A stretch of DNA of 40,414 nucleotides from Deltaproteobacteria bacterium (GCA_009993495.1 JAACTI010000249.1:1-40414), one strand, 5' to 3'. Numbered from the stretch's first letter, positions 1 to 9,539 are shown. Made by a program: numbers and translations. The notes: generated by a model not told the origin, from the letters alone.

Positions 1-1027
1 GGGCCAGAATTGGCGGCCCGAGCAACAGGTTGACCCACCAAATGCCCGGCAAGGGTGATAAAACCTGGCGTTCGACCCATGTTTTCGCCATCAGGCTGAG
101 ATTGTAGTAAAGAAAGAAGATCACAATGGCGACAGTCGCCTTGCTATAGCGACTGCTGCGCGGAGCGCTGCGGCTTAAGGGGATCGCGAGCAACGCCAGT
201 AAAATAGTGGTTGGGCCGGTGGTCAAGCGCCACTGATATTCGGCAATTTCTTCCGCATTTGTGGATCTGGCCAAGTGGGCGCTGGTGGCGGCTTTGCGGT
301 TGTAGGGCCGGGGCGCAACCTTGGAGGTCAACTGCAGCAAGTTTTTGCCGAAGGACACCCGCCGCACTCGTTCGCTGCTTGTTGCTAAAATGTAGTGTTC
401 TCCGTGCTCAAAGAGAATTGATGCGGGGTTTCCTTGGCCGTCGTCAAGCTGCTGCGCGGTTTCGGCAAAGGTGACGCGCCGGCCGTATTCACCCAATTCC
501 CAGACGTAAACTCCCTGGGCCAGCTTGCGTGCATAATCAATTTTCTCGGTAAAAAAAACCAGATTATCCCCCAGTTCGTAAAAACGACCCGCTTCAACTT
601 TGGCAAAGTTGAAATCTTCTTTGGCCCCGGCTTCTGCGGCATAAATCTGTGCGTAAGCCCAAGGGCGGGCGTAAAGAGACAGGCCGCTGACCAGCAGGGC
701 GAGGGGCAGGGCGAGAAAAAACACCGATTTGATAACCCGCCCCGGCCCGATACCACAGGCTTCCATGGCGGTCATTTCGTTGTCAGCGTGAAGTTGGCTT
801 AAGGCGAGGACAATCGCTAGATAAAGCGTGACGGGCAGTAAAACTTCAAGGGCAATGAGAATTTTAAAAAAAACCAGCGCGGCCACCGCTTGCCCGGCCA
901 GCAATCCATTGACCGCATCGTTAAGGAAGCGGGTCGCACTGTAGCCCGCAAAGATGATCATCAGCACCAGGCCGATGGCTATTTGGGGGGACAGGATATC
1001 GCGAAGGATGTGACGCTCAAGAATCAC
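1..1027 (-). CDS. lptF: LptF/LptG-family ABC permease (LptF-like), 3' end outside the window
   Basis: Absent from the ORF track because it runs off the edge. Manual translation from GTG at 1027 gives an open frame: MILERHILRDILSPQIAIGLVLMIIF...LEVLLPVTLYLAIVLALSQLHADNEMTAMEACGIG...AEYQWRL...LLAIPLSRSAPRSSRY. This fits LptF motifs (LP..L..A...L..D.E..A..A.G; AE.QWR; PR..R). Confidence 0.82.
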   Translation of the reverse strand, partial: MILERHILRDILSPQIAIGLVLMIIFAGYSATRFLNDAVNGLLAGQAVAALVFFKILIALEVLLPVTLYLAIVLALSQLHADNEMTAMEACGIGPGRVIKSVFFLALPLALLVSGLSLYARPWAYAQIYAAEAGAKEDFNFAKVEAGRFYELGDNLVFFTEKIDYARKLAQGVYVWELGEYGRRVTFAETAQQLDDGQGNPASILFEHGEHYILATSSERVRRVSFGKNLLQLTSKVAPRPYNRKAATSAHLARSTNAEEIAEYQWRLTTGPTTILLALLAIPLSRSAPRSSRYSKATVAIVIFFLYYNLSLMAKTWVERQVLSPLPGIWWVNLLLGPPILA

Positions 1028-1220
1028 GGGGAACTCATTCCGTCGGAACGACGCCGAAGTTGCTGTAAAATAGTTTTTTTGTTGACACCGCCCCGCTGGC
1101 TTTTCTATTTTCTGTCAGTTTGAACTATGCCCAAGGCTGATGGGGCGTGATCCTATCATGCCTTGATAAAAGGCGGCAAGAATCAGACGATCTTGGCGCA
1201 TAACGAAAGGAATTTAGCAG

Positions 1221-1964
1221 ATGAAGGCAATTATTCTCAGTGCTGGTCAGGGCAAGCGGCTTCTGCCCCTGACGGCGGAACGACCCAAGTGTGCCGTTGA
1301 AATTCATGGTCAGTCGATGATCGAATGGCAGATTGATGAACTGCATCGCTGCGGGGTGGAGGATATCTGTGTGGTGCTCGGTTATGGTGCCGAAACGGTT
1401 GAAAAATTGCTTGCTGAGCGTTATGGCGCGGGCAAGGTGCGGACAATTTTTAATCCCTTTTACGCGGTATCCGACAATCTTGGTACCTGCTGGGTGGCAC
1501 GGGCGGAAATGACCGCAGATTTCATCATTCTGAATGGCGACACCCTGTTTCAGGCGCCGGTGCTGGCAAAGCTGCTGGCTTCACCGGCGCACCCGGTGAC
1601 GGTGACAACGGATCGCAAGCCCGGCTACGACAGTGACGACATGAAGGTCATTCTCGAGGGCGAGCGCCTGCTGCGGATTGGCAAAGATCTCCCCCTTGAT
1701 CAGGTTCATGCCGAATCTATTGGCATGCTGTTGTTTCGCGGCGAAGGTTGCGCTCTGTTCCGGAATACGGTTGAACGCGTTTTACGCGATACCGCCGGGC
1801 TGAAACGCTGGTACCTTTCGGTGATCGATGAACTGGCCCAACAGCATCCGGTCGCGACCTGCTGTATTGAAGGGTTGCTCTGGGGTGAAGTCGATTGCCC
1901 GGAAGACCTGCCCCATGCCGAAGACGTTGTACGCGGCATTGCCCAAGCCGGTGCGGTTGCCTAG
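1221..1964 (+). CDS. Nucleotidyltransferase, LicC/phosphocholine-cytidylyltransferase-like
   Basis: ILSAGQGKRL..LT..RPK glycine-rich NTP loop, NGD, DDMKV and WGEVD..ED motifs; AAGGA RBS. Confidence 0.85.
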   Translation: MKAIILSAGQGKRLLPLTAERPKCAVEIHGQSMIEWQIDELHRCGVEDICVVLGYGAETVEKLLAERYGAGKVRTIFNPFYAVSDNLGTCWVARAEMTADFIILNGDTLFQAPVLAKLLASPAHPVTVTTDRKPGYDSDDMKVILEGERLLRIGKDLPLDQVHAESIGMLLFRGEGCALFRNTVERVLRDTAGLKRWYLSVIDELAQQHPVATCCIEGLLWGEVDCPEDLPHAEDVVRGIAQAGAVA

Positions 1965-2000
1965 CGCGCCGGCTCGGGGTTCTTTGGCGAAATACTCCAA

Positions 2001-2039
2001 AAAAGCCCGAGATTCCTCTTATGGTGATCTCGGGCTTTT
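2001..2039. terminator. Bidirectional intrinsic terminator
   Basis: AAAAGCCCGAGAT...ATCTCGGGCTTTT, a 13-bp inverted repeat between two convergent nucleotidyltransferase genes. Confidence 0.8.
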
Positions 2040-2067
2040 GTTACTCCGGAGCTGAAGAGAGACACAA

Positions 2068-2892
2068 TTAGTTTGAAAGATTATCCTGAGATTGTGCGGT
2101 GAGAATTTTTTCCACCAATTGCCAGTCCTCCAACTTATCCACATCCACCGCCGCTTCGGGCTGGGTCATCCACACTGCGCCAGCATTAACCCCCATGGCA
2201 GCCGAAAGCCTCGCCAGCCCCTGCTCCAGGGTTAAACGACCGCAAAGATAACGCAGCACGGCAGTTACCCCCAGGGTGCGGACAATTTTGAGGGGGTGCT
2301 TGCGTTGCTCTTCGACGCGACGCCAGAAGAGCGCCGCCTGACGACCTTGAGGGGTGAGAAACGCAAACAGATTGCACCCGCAATAGTTGGCCCCGCGCAG
2401 GCGCGTAATGGTGCGACGGCCTTCAGGAAAGGCGTTGGTCACCAGTTCGGCGGGGGCGATCCCGGCAACCACATCTGCCTTGGCTGCCAGGGCTCCGGCG
2501 GCAAAATGTTCAATCATCTCTGGCGTCAGCAGAGCATGGTCGGCAGTGGTCAGCAGGGCTGGGATCTCCGCTGAAATCAGGTCGAGGGCGGCGCGGGCAC
2601 TCAGGCTGGGTGAAGAAGCGTTCTCTTGCCAGCGCAGGTTTCCAGCGGCGACCCGCCGGGCGAGTTCAGGCTCCTGCTCAAGCAAGCGGGTGGTCGAACC
2701 GCAAACCAGGCACGAATCGACGCTGGGTGCTGCCGCCAAGGCATCCAGTACTCTGAGAATCATGGGCTTGCCCCCAACCGGCACCAGCGCTTTGCAGCTG
2801 ACGCCGGCGGCACTGGCGACCGGGTCGCTGGGGCCACGATCACCGGCGAGGATAATTGCCGCGAACTTGCCTTTTTTTTCGGATTTCACCAT
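2068..2892 (-). CDS. MobA-like NTP transferase domain protein
   Basis: AIILAGDRG...KALVPVGGKPM N-terminus, TTADH, C-terminal DVD; overlaps the stop of the upstream GNAT gene (ATGGTGA). Confidence 0.8.
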   Translation of the reverse strand: MVKSEKKGKFAAIILAGDRGPSDPVASAAGVSCKALVPVGGKPMILRVLDALAAAPSVDSCLVCGSTTRLLEQEPELARRVAAGNLRWQENASSPSLSARAALDLISAEIPALLTTADHALLTPEMIEHFAAGALAAKADVVAGIAPAELVTNAFPEGRRTITRLRGANYCGCNLFAFLTPQGRQAALFWRRVEEQRKHPLKIVRTLGVTAVLRYLCGRLTLEQGLARLSAAMGVNAGAVWMTQPEAAVDVDKLEDWQLVEKILTAQSQDNLSN

Positions 2893-4091
2893 GGGGCCGA
2901 TCCTTCCTGGCGGAGGGTTTTCTCATAAATGCGATAGCGTTTGTAAGCCCAGCCGCCGATGGATTCGATGATCTTGCGCATACCGGTATTGCTTTCCAGG
3001 ATCCACGACATTTCCGCTTGCCGCATCCCGCGCTTACGCACCTCGGGCTGAAGTGCGGTAATCATCATCAGTGCCAATATGGCTCCCAGACGGCTGTCCT
3101 GATAGCGTTGGCGGACACCCATCAACGGAACCCGACCACTTTTGATTCCGCTGATTTTGAGACGCCACAGCAGTTTCAGCCAGCCGAAAGGCAAGAGCCT
3201 GCCGTTAAGGTCACGAATGGCCTCGTTCAGGTTGGGGAAAACCACCATCATCGCGGCCGGTTCGCCGTCAACTTCGGCGATACGGACAAACTCACCCGGC
3301 ACTAGGAGTTTGAGGTTTTTCCCCAGTTCGGTAAATTCTTCATCGGTAAAGGGAATAAACCCCCAATTTTCCGCCCAGGCGTCTTCGAAAATATCTTTAA
3401 TGATCGCCAAATCCTGCTGAAAATTTTTCCAATTCAACGGTCTTAGCTTCACCCGCTTGCCCAGACGTGCTGCCAGACGATCCAACTCAACCGGCACCGT
3501 AAAATCGGTCGCGATCTGATAGGCGAGAAGATCCTGGATGCCTTGATACCCCTGGGCGTTGATCTGTTGCGCATAATAGGGACGGGCGTGACCCATCATA
3601 ATGGCTGGCGGGCTATCAAAACCTTCGACCAGCAGGCCGCATTCTTCGTTGATGGAAAAATTGAAGGGGCCACGTACTCTAGCCATCCCGCGGCTGCGCA
3701 GCCAGTTTTCCGCCCTATTGAAGAGGGCCGCGAAAACCTCAGCGTCATTTTCGGCTTCAATGAAGCCGAAAAAACCCGTGCTGTCGCCATATTGCTGCAG
3801 ATGAAGTTGATCAATTTGGGCACTGATGCGACCCAAGGTTTGATTTCCGCGGCGGGCGATCCAGGTTTGTACCTCGGCATGCTGGTAATAAGGGTTGTGC
3901 GTGGAAAAGTGCATTTTTCGTTCGAAAAACAGCGGCGGTATCCAGGCAGGATCGTCACGATACACTGACCAGGGCAGGCGCAGAAATTGGTGGAAATGCT
4001 GCCGGCTATCTGCCGGAAAAATTTCCACTGGGGCCAAACTCTCATGCGTTTCCAGGAGTGTTTGGGGAGATTTTACTCGCGGTGAGGTCAT
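2886..4091 (-). CDS. bcerS: Bacterial ceramide synthase (GNAT-fold N-acyltransferase)
   Basis: GRISAQID, GFFGFIE, RGPFNFSINEECGLLVEGFD.PP..MMGH..PYY, AW..NWGF.PFT and E.SWILE.N motifs typical of this family; clustered with spt, acp and cerR. Confidence 0.82.
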   Translation of the reverse strand: MTSPRVKSPQTLLETHESLAPVEIFPADSRQHFHQFLRLPWSVYRDDPAWIPPLFFERKMHFSTHNPYYQHAEVQTWIARRGNQTLGRISAQIDQLHLQQYGDSTGFFGFIEAENDAEVFAALFNRAENWLRSRGMARVRGPFNFSINEECGLLVEGFDSPPAIMMGHARPYYAQQINAQGYQGIQDLLAYQIATDFTVPVELDRLAARLGKRVKLRPLNWKNFQQDLAIIKDIFEDAWAENWGFIPFTDEEFTELGKNLKLLVPGEFVRIAEVDGEPAAMMVVFPNLNEAIRDLNGRLLPFGWLKLLWRLKISGIKSGRVPLMGVRQRYQDSRLGAILALMMITALQPEVRKRGMRQAEMSWILESNTGMRKIIESIGGWAYKRYRIYEKTLRQEGSAPW

Positions 4092-4275
4092 GGCTTGTCG
4101 TCACTTCTTGAGAATGGGTCGGGATGCGGAGCCTGATGCAGAGAACGTAAAACACGTTCCCTAACCTTCAAGGATGAAGTGCATTGTATATTGATAGAAT
4201 TCTATGCTGGATTTCAAGGGTTTTATTTTGTAGAATCAGCGGCTGTTTGCTTCTGAACCTTTTTGCGGAGTTTTT

Positions 4276-4707
4276 GTGACCAACCCGACCCTCGATAAAT
4301 TCGGTTATCCCGAAAGTTTAATTGAAGAAACTTTCCATTGGGTTGTGCTCCTGCGGCCGGCCCAGGTAACCCTGGGGTCTCTGGTGCTGGTATGCAAGGA
4401 ACCGGTGCAGGCGCTTTCAGATCTGAGCATGGACGCTTTCGTGGAATTGCAACAAGTGATCGAAAGAGTGGAGCGTTCTTTGCATAAAACTTTCGATTAC
4501 GACAAGATCAATTACCTGATGTTGATGATGGTTGATCCCGATGTGCATTTTCACATCATCCCGCGCTATAGCGCGAAACGGATTTTTGAGGGGGTTGAGC
4601 TTCAAGATACTGGCTGGCCCGGCCCGCCTGATCTGGCCTCTTGCAATGAGTTAAACACCACGACTATGCATGCCCTGCGCAGGCATTTGCTGACGATTTG
4701 GGGCTGA
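4276..4707 (+). CDS. HIT family protein
   Basis: LLRPAQVTLGSLVL, YDKINYLMLMMVDPDVHFHIIPRY. The triad reads DVHFH rather than HxHxH. GTG start after GGAG. Confidence 0.85.
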   Translation: MTNPTLDKFGYPESLIEETFHWVVLLRPAQVTLGSLVLVCKEPVQALSDLSMDAFVELQQVIERVERSLHKTFDYDKINYLMLMMVDPDVHFHIIPRYSAKRIFEGVELQDTGWPGPPDLASCNELNTTTMHALRRHLLTIWG

Positions 4708-4732
4708 TATCTTTTACAATGGAATTTGAATT

Positions 4733-6496
4733 ATGGATGAGCTGAATGCGACACCAACCGAAAACACCCTCTCTCTGCGCCTGGGTGATTTTTCAACTTT
4801 AGCTGAAGCCCTTGATTATGCCGCCGCGGGCCAGACCGGTTTTAATTTTTATTCCGGCAGGGGTGAACTGGCGTGCGTTCTTTCTTATACTTTGCTGCGC
4901 ACTCAAGCCCGGATTCTCGCGGGCAAACTTCTTAGCCTGGGCTTGCCGCGCGGATCTCACTTTGCGTTAATTGCTGAAACCGATGCTGAATTCGTGCGTT
5001 TTTTCTTCGCCTGTCAGTATGCCGGGCTGGTTCCGGTGCCCTTGCCGGCGGCGCTTCACCTGGGTGGACATCAGGCCATAGTCGAAAAAATGCGTGGACT
5101 TCTGGCGGCCTGCGGTGCCAGTGCCGCCATGGCAACCCTGCCTTTTTTCGATTTTTTATCTGAAGCGGCAGGCAGGCTACAAATCACCCATGTCGGTTGT
5201 CCGGATGACTTTGATCGTTTGCCGGAATCCGCCGCCATCCTCTGCCCCTTGGGCCCGACAGAAACGGCTTATCTGCAATATACCTCGGGGAGCACCCGTT
5301 TCCCCCGCGGCGTGGTGATTAACCAGCAAACGGTAATGGCCAATCTGGCCGGGATTACTGAGCACGGCTTGTGTGTGCGCCCCGGCGATCGTTGTACCTC
5401 GTGGCTGCCCTTCTACCACGATATGGGACTGGTTGGTTTTCTGCTGGCACCCCTCGTTTCCCAGTTGTCCGTCGACTATCTGAATACGCGTGATTTTGCC
5501 GTGCGTCCACGCTTGTGGCCGGCATTGATTTCACGTAACCGCAGTACCATCTCTTACAGCCCCACCTTTGGCTATGCTCTCTGCGCCCGGCGGATGCGTC
5601 CGGCCGATATCGCTCAATATGACCTAAGTTCCTGGCGCATTGCCGGCACCGGTGCCGAACCCATCCGTCCCGATGTTCTCGAAGGCTTTGCCGAGGTTTT
5701 TGCGGCGGCGGGGTTCCGCTCCCAGGCCTTTGTGGCCTCTTACGGAATGGCCGAATGCTCCCTGGCGATCAGCTTCGCGCCCCTTAATCGTGGGCTGGAA
5801 CTTGACCGGATTAAGAGTGAAGATTTGGTTGAAAAGGCGCTGGCGGTCTCAGCCCTCAGCGATTCCACCGACCCGAACATTAAAGACATGGTTTTCTGTG
5901 GCCGGGTGCTGCCGGGCCATGAATTGGAAGTTCGCGATGGCCAGGGACGGGCGCTGCCCGAACGACACTGCGGGGTTTTGTTCGTGCGCGGCCCAAGCGT
6001 GATGAGTGGTTATTTGAACGATCCCCAGGCAACCGCCGAAGTCTTAAGTTGTGATGGCTGGCTCAATACCGGCGATCTTGGCTATCTGGTCGACGGTCAG
6101 GTGGTCGTGACCGGGCGGCAGAAAGATTTAATCATCATTAACGGGCGCAACATCTGGCCGCAGGATCTCGAAGTATTGGCCGAGGAGCTACCCGGCATTC
6201 GCTTGCGTGATGCCGCCGCCTTTTCCGTCCCCGGGGTCGAGGGGGAAGAAACGGTCGTATTGGTGGTGCAGTTTCGCTATTCCGGCGAAACGGAGCGCAT
6301 CTTGTTAATTGACAGTTTGCGCCGCCGGGTGCGTGAAGAGTTTGGCTTTGATTGTTTTGTCGAGCTTGTTCCACCGCGCACCTTACCGCAGACCTCGTCC
6401 GGCAAGCTTTCGCGTACTGCGGCGCGCAAAAGTTTTCTTGAGCGTCAGCACCAGGCTCCCAACTTTCCCCTTCTCCTCCAGCAAACCGGTAGTTAA
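4733..6496 (+). CDS. Fatty acyl-AMP ligase / acyl-ACP synthetase
   Basis: YLQYTSGSTRFPRGV, SWLPFYHDMGLVG, YGMAE followed by a FAAL-type insertion, TGDLG, GR.KD.III.GRN, P.TSSGK. Confidence 0.88.
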   Translation: MDELNATPTENTLSLRLGDFSTLAEALDYAAAGQTGFNFYSGRGELACVLSYTLLRTQARILAGKLLSLGLPRGSHFALIAETDAEFVRFFFACQYAGLVPVPLPAALHLGGHQAIVEKMRGLLAACGASAAMATLPFFDFLSEAAGRLQITHVGCPDDFDRLPESAAILCPLGPTETAYLQYTSGSTRFPRGVVINQQTVMANLAGITEHGLCVRPGDRCTSWLPFYHDMGLVGFLLAPLVSQLSVDYLNTRDFAVRPRLWPALISRNRSTISYSPTFGYALCARRMRPADIAQYDLSSWRIAGTGAEPIRPDVLEGFAEVFAAAGFRSQAFVASYGMAECSLAISFAPLNRGLELDRIKSEDLVEKALAVSALSDSTDPNIKDMVFCGRVLPGHELEVRDGQGRALPERHCGVLFVRGPSVMSGYLNDPQATAEVLSCDGWLNTGDLGYLVDGQVVVTGRQKDLIIINGRNIWPQDLEVLAEELPGIRLRDAAAFSVPGVEGEETVVLVVQFRYSGETERILLIDSLRRRVREEFGFDCFVELVPPRTLPQTSSGKLSRTAARKSFLERQHQAPNFPLLLQQTGS

Positions 6497-6502
6497 GGGG
6501 CA

Positions 6503-7468
6503 ATGCCTACCGATTTTCCCTTGAAATCAAGGCAGACAAGACCGGTTCATTGTGTTGGCGTAACCGGCGGCACGGGTTTCATCGGCAAGGCGATCATTCA
6601 TCAACTTACCCAGGCCAAGCTGGCGGTCAGGGCGCTGGTACGTCCGGCTTCTCGTTCAGCTTGTTTCGATCATCCACATTTGACCTGGGTCTCCGGCCAT
6701 CTAGGTGATTCGCAAAGCTTGCAACGCTTGGTTGCCGGAACGGATGCCCTTGTCCACTGTGCCGGAGCCGTGCGCGGACGAAATCTCGCGGATTTTGCCC
6801 CCACCAATATTGACGGCGTTGCCAATCTCGTTCGCGCAGCGAGAGGGACGGGTACCTGCCGGCGTTTTTTGCACCTCTCCTCTCTTGCCGCGCGCGAACC
6901 GCATCTTTCAGCCTATGCCGCAAGCAAAAATCAGGGCGAACGGGTGCTGCAAAAGGAAGCGGGAGATCTGTGCTGGACGATTTTGCGACCGCCGGCCGTT
7001 TATGGCCCCGGTGAGCGTGAATTGCTGCCCTTGCTCCAGTGGTTGCGGCGTGGCTTGCTCTTTACGCCTGGCGCCGAAGCGGGGCGCTTTTCCATGATTT
7101 TTATTTCAGACCTGGCGGGTGCTGTCCAAAATTGGCTCCAAAGCGATACGGACTGCGGTGGTTGCTATACTCTGGATGATGGAACCCCCCAGGGGTACAC
7201 TTGGGACGACCTGCGGGACATCGGAAGGGATGTCTTCAGCCGCTCTGTTCACCGCATCAAGGTTCCCGCGTCCCTCCTTGGCGCGGTGGCTGGCTTTAAC
7301 CTTGCACTCGCGCGCCTCGGTGGTTATCGCCCCATGCTGACTCCCGGCAAGGTGAGAGAGCTCTGTCATCCCGATTGGGTGTGTGATCATCGTGAGTTTA
7401 GTCGTGTCACCGGGTGGCAGCCCCAGGTTGTTTTAGCCGAAGGCTTATGCCGTCTTTTTGTCCGCTGA
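6503..7468 (+). CDS. cerR: NAD-dependent epimerase/dehydratase-family (extended SDR) protein, probable ceramide reductase
   Basis: TGGTGFIG Rossmann motif, SSLAAREP.LS.YAASK (YxxxK), RPPAVYGPG; lies between the acyl-ACP synthetase and acp-spt. Confidence 0.75.
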   Translation: MPTDFPLKSRQTRPVHCVGVTGGTGFIGKAIIHQLTQAKLAVRALVRPASRSACFDHPHLTWVSGHLGDSQSLQRLVAGTDALVHCAGAVRGRNLADFAPTNIDGVANLVRAARGTGTCRRFLHLSSLAAREPHLSAYAASKNQGERVLQKEAGDLCWTILRPPAVYGPGERELLPLLQWLRRGLLFTPGAEAGRFSMIFISDLAGAVQNWLQSDTDCGGCYTLDDGTPQGYTWDDLRDIGRDVFSRSVHRIKVPASLLGAVAGFNLALARLGGYRPMLTPGKVRELCHPDWVCDHREFSRVTGWQPQVVLAEGLCRLFVR

Positions 7469-7676
7469 TGGTTTGGATAAAACCTTAATTGAGGCGTTGC
7501 AAAAAATCACCAACTGCGGCATTACTGCAACGGTCATTGCGGTTTTTGGTAGCACGGACTCGCCACTTTGTTCGAAAGAATCTGTGACATTCTTTAAATT
7601 TTTTGACCATAAATTCTTTGGTCTTTTTTGCAGATTTATTGACGCCCCCCATCCGTAAATTCCTGGGAGAACCTGA

Positions 7677-7928
7677 ATGCCTGTACCTGATTACGCGGAA
7701 ATCCTCGCAGACGTCGAGGATCTGATCCGCCGCTTTATCAAGAATCCGGTCACGATTGAAGAAGACACTGAACTGGTTAATGGACTGGGCCTCGATTCTT
7801 TACTGGTGATGGAAGTGATTCAAGAGGTCGAAGATCGCTTTGATATTTTCTTTCCTTTGAATACTCTCGCTGAAATTCGCACCGTCAAAGATTTTGTCTT
7901 GCAAATTCAGCGCGAAATCGGAGGCTGA
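7677..7928 (+). CDS. Acyl carrier protein dedicated to SPT
   Basis: 83 aa, acidic, LGLDSL phosphopantetheine site, EDRFDI; 3 bp upstream of spt; GGAG RBS. Confidence 0.9.
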   Translation: MPVPDYAEILADVEDLIRRFIKNPVTIEEDTELVNGLGLDSLLVMEVIQEVEDRFDIFFPLNTLAEIRTVKDFVLQIQREIGG

Positions 7929-7931
7929 ATC

Positions 7932-9119
7932 ATGGGACTGTTTGATAAACTGGCCAATATTGCGGCGGCGCGTCAAGGGCTGGAAGCCTTTGGCGTTGAT
8001 CCCTTTAACGTGGTTATTGAGGAAATCCTCTCTCCCACCGAAGCGCGGATTGGTGGCCAGCCGGTTTTGCTGGCGGGAACTAACAACTACCTGGGCTTAA
8101 CCTTCGATCCTGGCTGCATGGCCGCCGCCTGCCAGTCGATTAACGCCGAAGGAACCGGCACCACCGGTTCGCGCATGGCCAATGGCACCTACGCCGGTCA
8201 CCTGAAGCTCGAAGAAGAATTAGCGACCTTTTATGATTGTCGCAAGGGAATTGTTTTTTCAACCGGTTTTCTCGCCAACCTCGGGATGATCACCGCCTTG
8301 GCCGGCCCAGGGGATGCGATTCTCATCGATGCCGACTGTCATGCCAGTATCTACGATGGCTGCCGCATGAGTGGCGCCGACATTATTCGTTTTCGGCACA
8401 ACTCTGCCATCGACATGGAAAAAAAGCTTAAGCGCCTGGGGGCACGAACGGAAAATACCCTGATCATTGTTGAAGGCATTTACAGTATGCTGGGTGATCG
8501 TGCGCCACTCAAGGACATAGTCGCGCTTAAGCGCCAGTATGGTGGCATGCTGATGGTTGATGAGGCCCATTCACTGGGTGTTCTCGGCGAAAAAGGGCGC
8601 GGCATGGCCGAAGACGCCAAGGTCGAAGCCGATGTGGATTTTATTGTTGGCACCTTCAGTAAAAGTTTAGGTGGCATTGGTGGTTTCTGCGTCGGCAACC
8701 ATCCGGGGCTGGATCTCATTCCTTACGCGAGTCGGCCTTATATTTTTACCGCTTCGCCCTCACCGGCGACCATTGCCTCCACCCGCGCGGCCTTGCCCTT
8801 GCTGCGCGATGGTGTCGCCCTGCGCAAGCAGGTGTGGGAAAACGCGACCTCACTCTACACCCGTTTGCAGCAAATGGGGTTCAAGCTTGGCCCCGAGATC
8901 AGTCCGGTGATTGCCGTGCGCCTGGGTGCGCGGGAAGAATCCCTTGCCTTCTGGCAGGTCATGCTCAACAGCGGAGTGTATGTCAACCTTGTTTTGCCGC
9001 CTGCCGCGCCCAGCAACAGCTGTTTGCTGCGTTGCAGCCTGAGTGCTGCCCATACCCCCGCACAGATCGAAAAAATCGCCGAAGTCTTCAGCACAACACG
9101 CGCCCAACTGGCCGGTTGA
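7932..9119 (+). CDS. spt: Serine palmitoyltransferase (alpha-oxoamine synthase family)
   Basis: GTNNYLGL, GTGTTGSRMANGT, HASI, DEAHS and PLP-lysine motif GTFSKSLG; adjacent ACP and ceramide-pathway genes argue against BioF/Kbl. Confidence 0.88.
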   Translation: MGLFDKLANIAAARQGLEAFGVDPFNVVIEEILSPTEARIGGQPVLLAGTNNYLGLTFDPGCMAAACQSINAEGTGTTGSRMANGTYAGHLKLEEELATFYDCRKGIVFSTGFLANLGMITALAGPGDAILIDADCHASIYDGCRMSGADIIRFRHNSAIDMEKKLKRLGARTENTLIIVEGIYSMLGDRAPLKDIVALKRQYGGMLMVDEAHSLGVLGEKGRGMAEDAKVEADVDFIVGTFSKSLGGIGGFCVGNHPGLDLIPYASRPYIFTASPSPATIASTRAALPLLRDGVALRKQVWENATSLYTRLQQMGFKLGPEISPVIAVRLGAREESLAFWQVMLNSGVYVNLVLPPAAPSNSCLLRCSLSAAHTPAQIEKIAEVFSTTRAQLAG

Positions 9120-9456
9120 TAACTGGAAGCGGAAAATCTGCGGTGAAAAACTTCTGGAGATCAGCCCACTGCGCTGGTTGCGCCCAGAAAATCGCGGCGC
9201 CGGAGCGAAAGCCGAAAGCCTCAATCGGGGCTAAGTTCCTCGGCCTTCTCTTCGGCTCAGTATGACGTTCCGATTTTCAAGGTCATTGTGACTCTGTGCA
9301 ACTTGCGCGTGATTTAACCCGTCTTTTTAGCCCCCTCGTGTTTCCCCCTGGTGAAGAGTTACAATTTGGAGACTCCTTTTCAAAATTTCCGTCGGATGAT
9401 GAACCATGAGTCTCACGGGGGCACAGAGCCGCCTGGGGGAAAATTTGATTTGCTCC

Positions 9457-9507
9457 GGGTTTTCCCGCCAGGCTTTGTCGTGGTATAAGGGGCGCGCTTT
9501 AGACACC
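9457..9507 (+). promoter_or_regulatory. Promoter-like element, copy A of a ~50-bp direct repeat
   Basis: Extended -10 TGGTATAAG; 42 of 52 aligned positions identical to 14220-14271 (manual alignment); 32 bp upstream of the ABC exporter ATG. Confidence 0.65.
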
Positions 9508-9539
9508 TGATTCCCCCGGAAAGGCTTAGCCGGATTCTT

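Noticed and set aside
7469-7676. 66-aa ORF (7458-7658) and a possible truncated repeat end (GAGGCGTTGCAAAAAATCACCAACTGCGGC) between cerR and acp
   Set aside because: The ORF has no RBS or family features; the repeat has no second copy in the window, so it cannot be supported without a genome search.
7932-9119. Alternative call as BioF or Kbl
   Set aside because: No bio or tdh genes nearby; the adjacent ACP, FAAL, CerR and bCerS plus the GTFSKS motif favour SPT.
9120-9456. Long spt-ABC intergenic region with GCGAAAGCCGAAAGCC...CTAAG, suggestive of a c-di-GMP-I riboswitch, and a LEAENLR-like stretch suggestive of an IS3 orfA remnant
   Set aside because: The GEMM P1/P2 architecture cannot be built, and the peptide match is too short and needs frameshifts.
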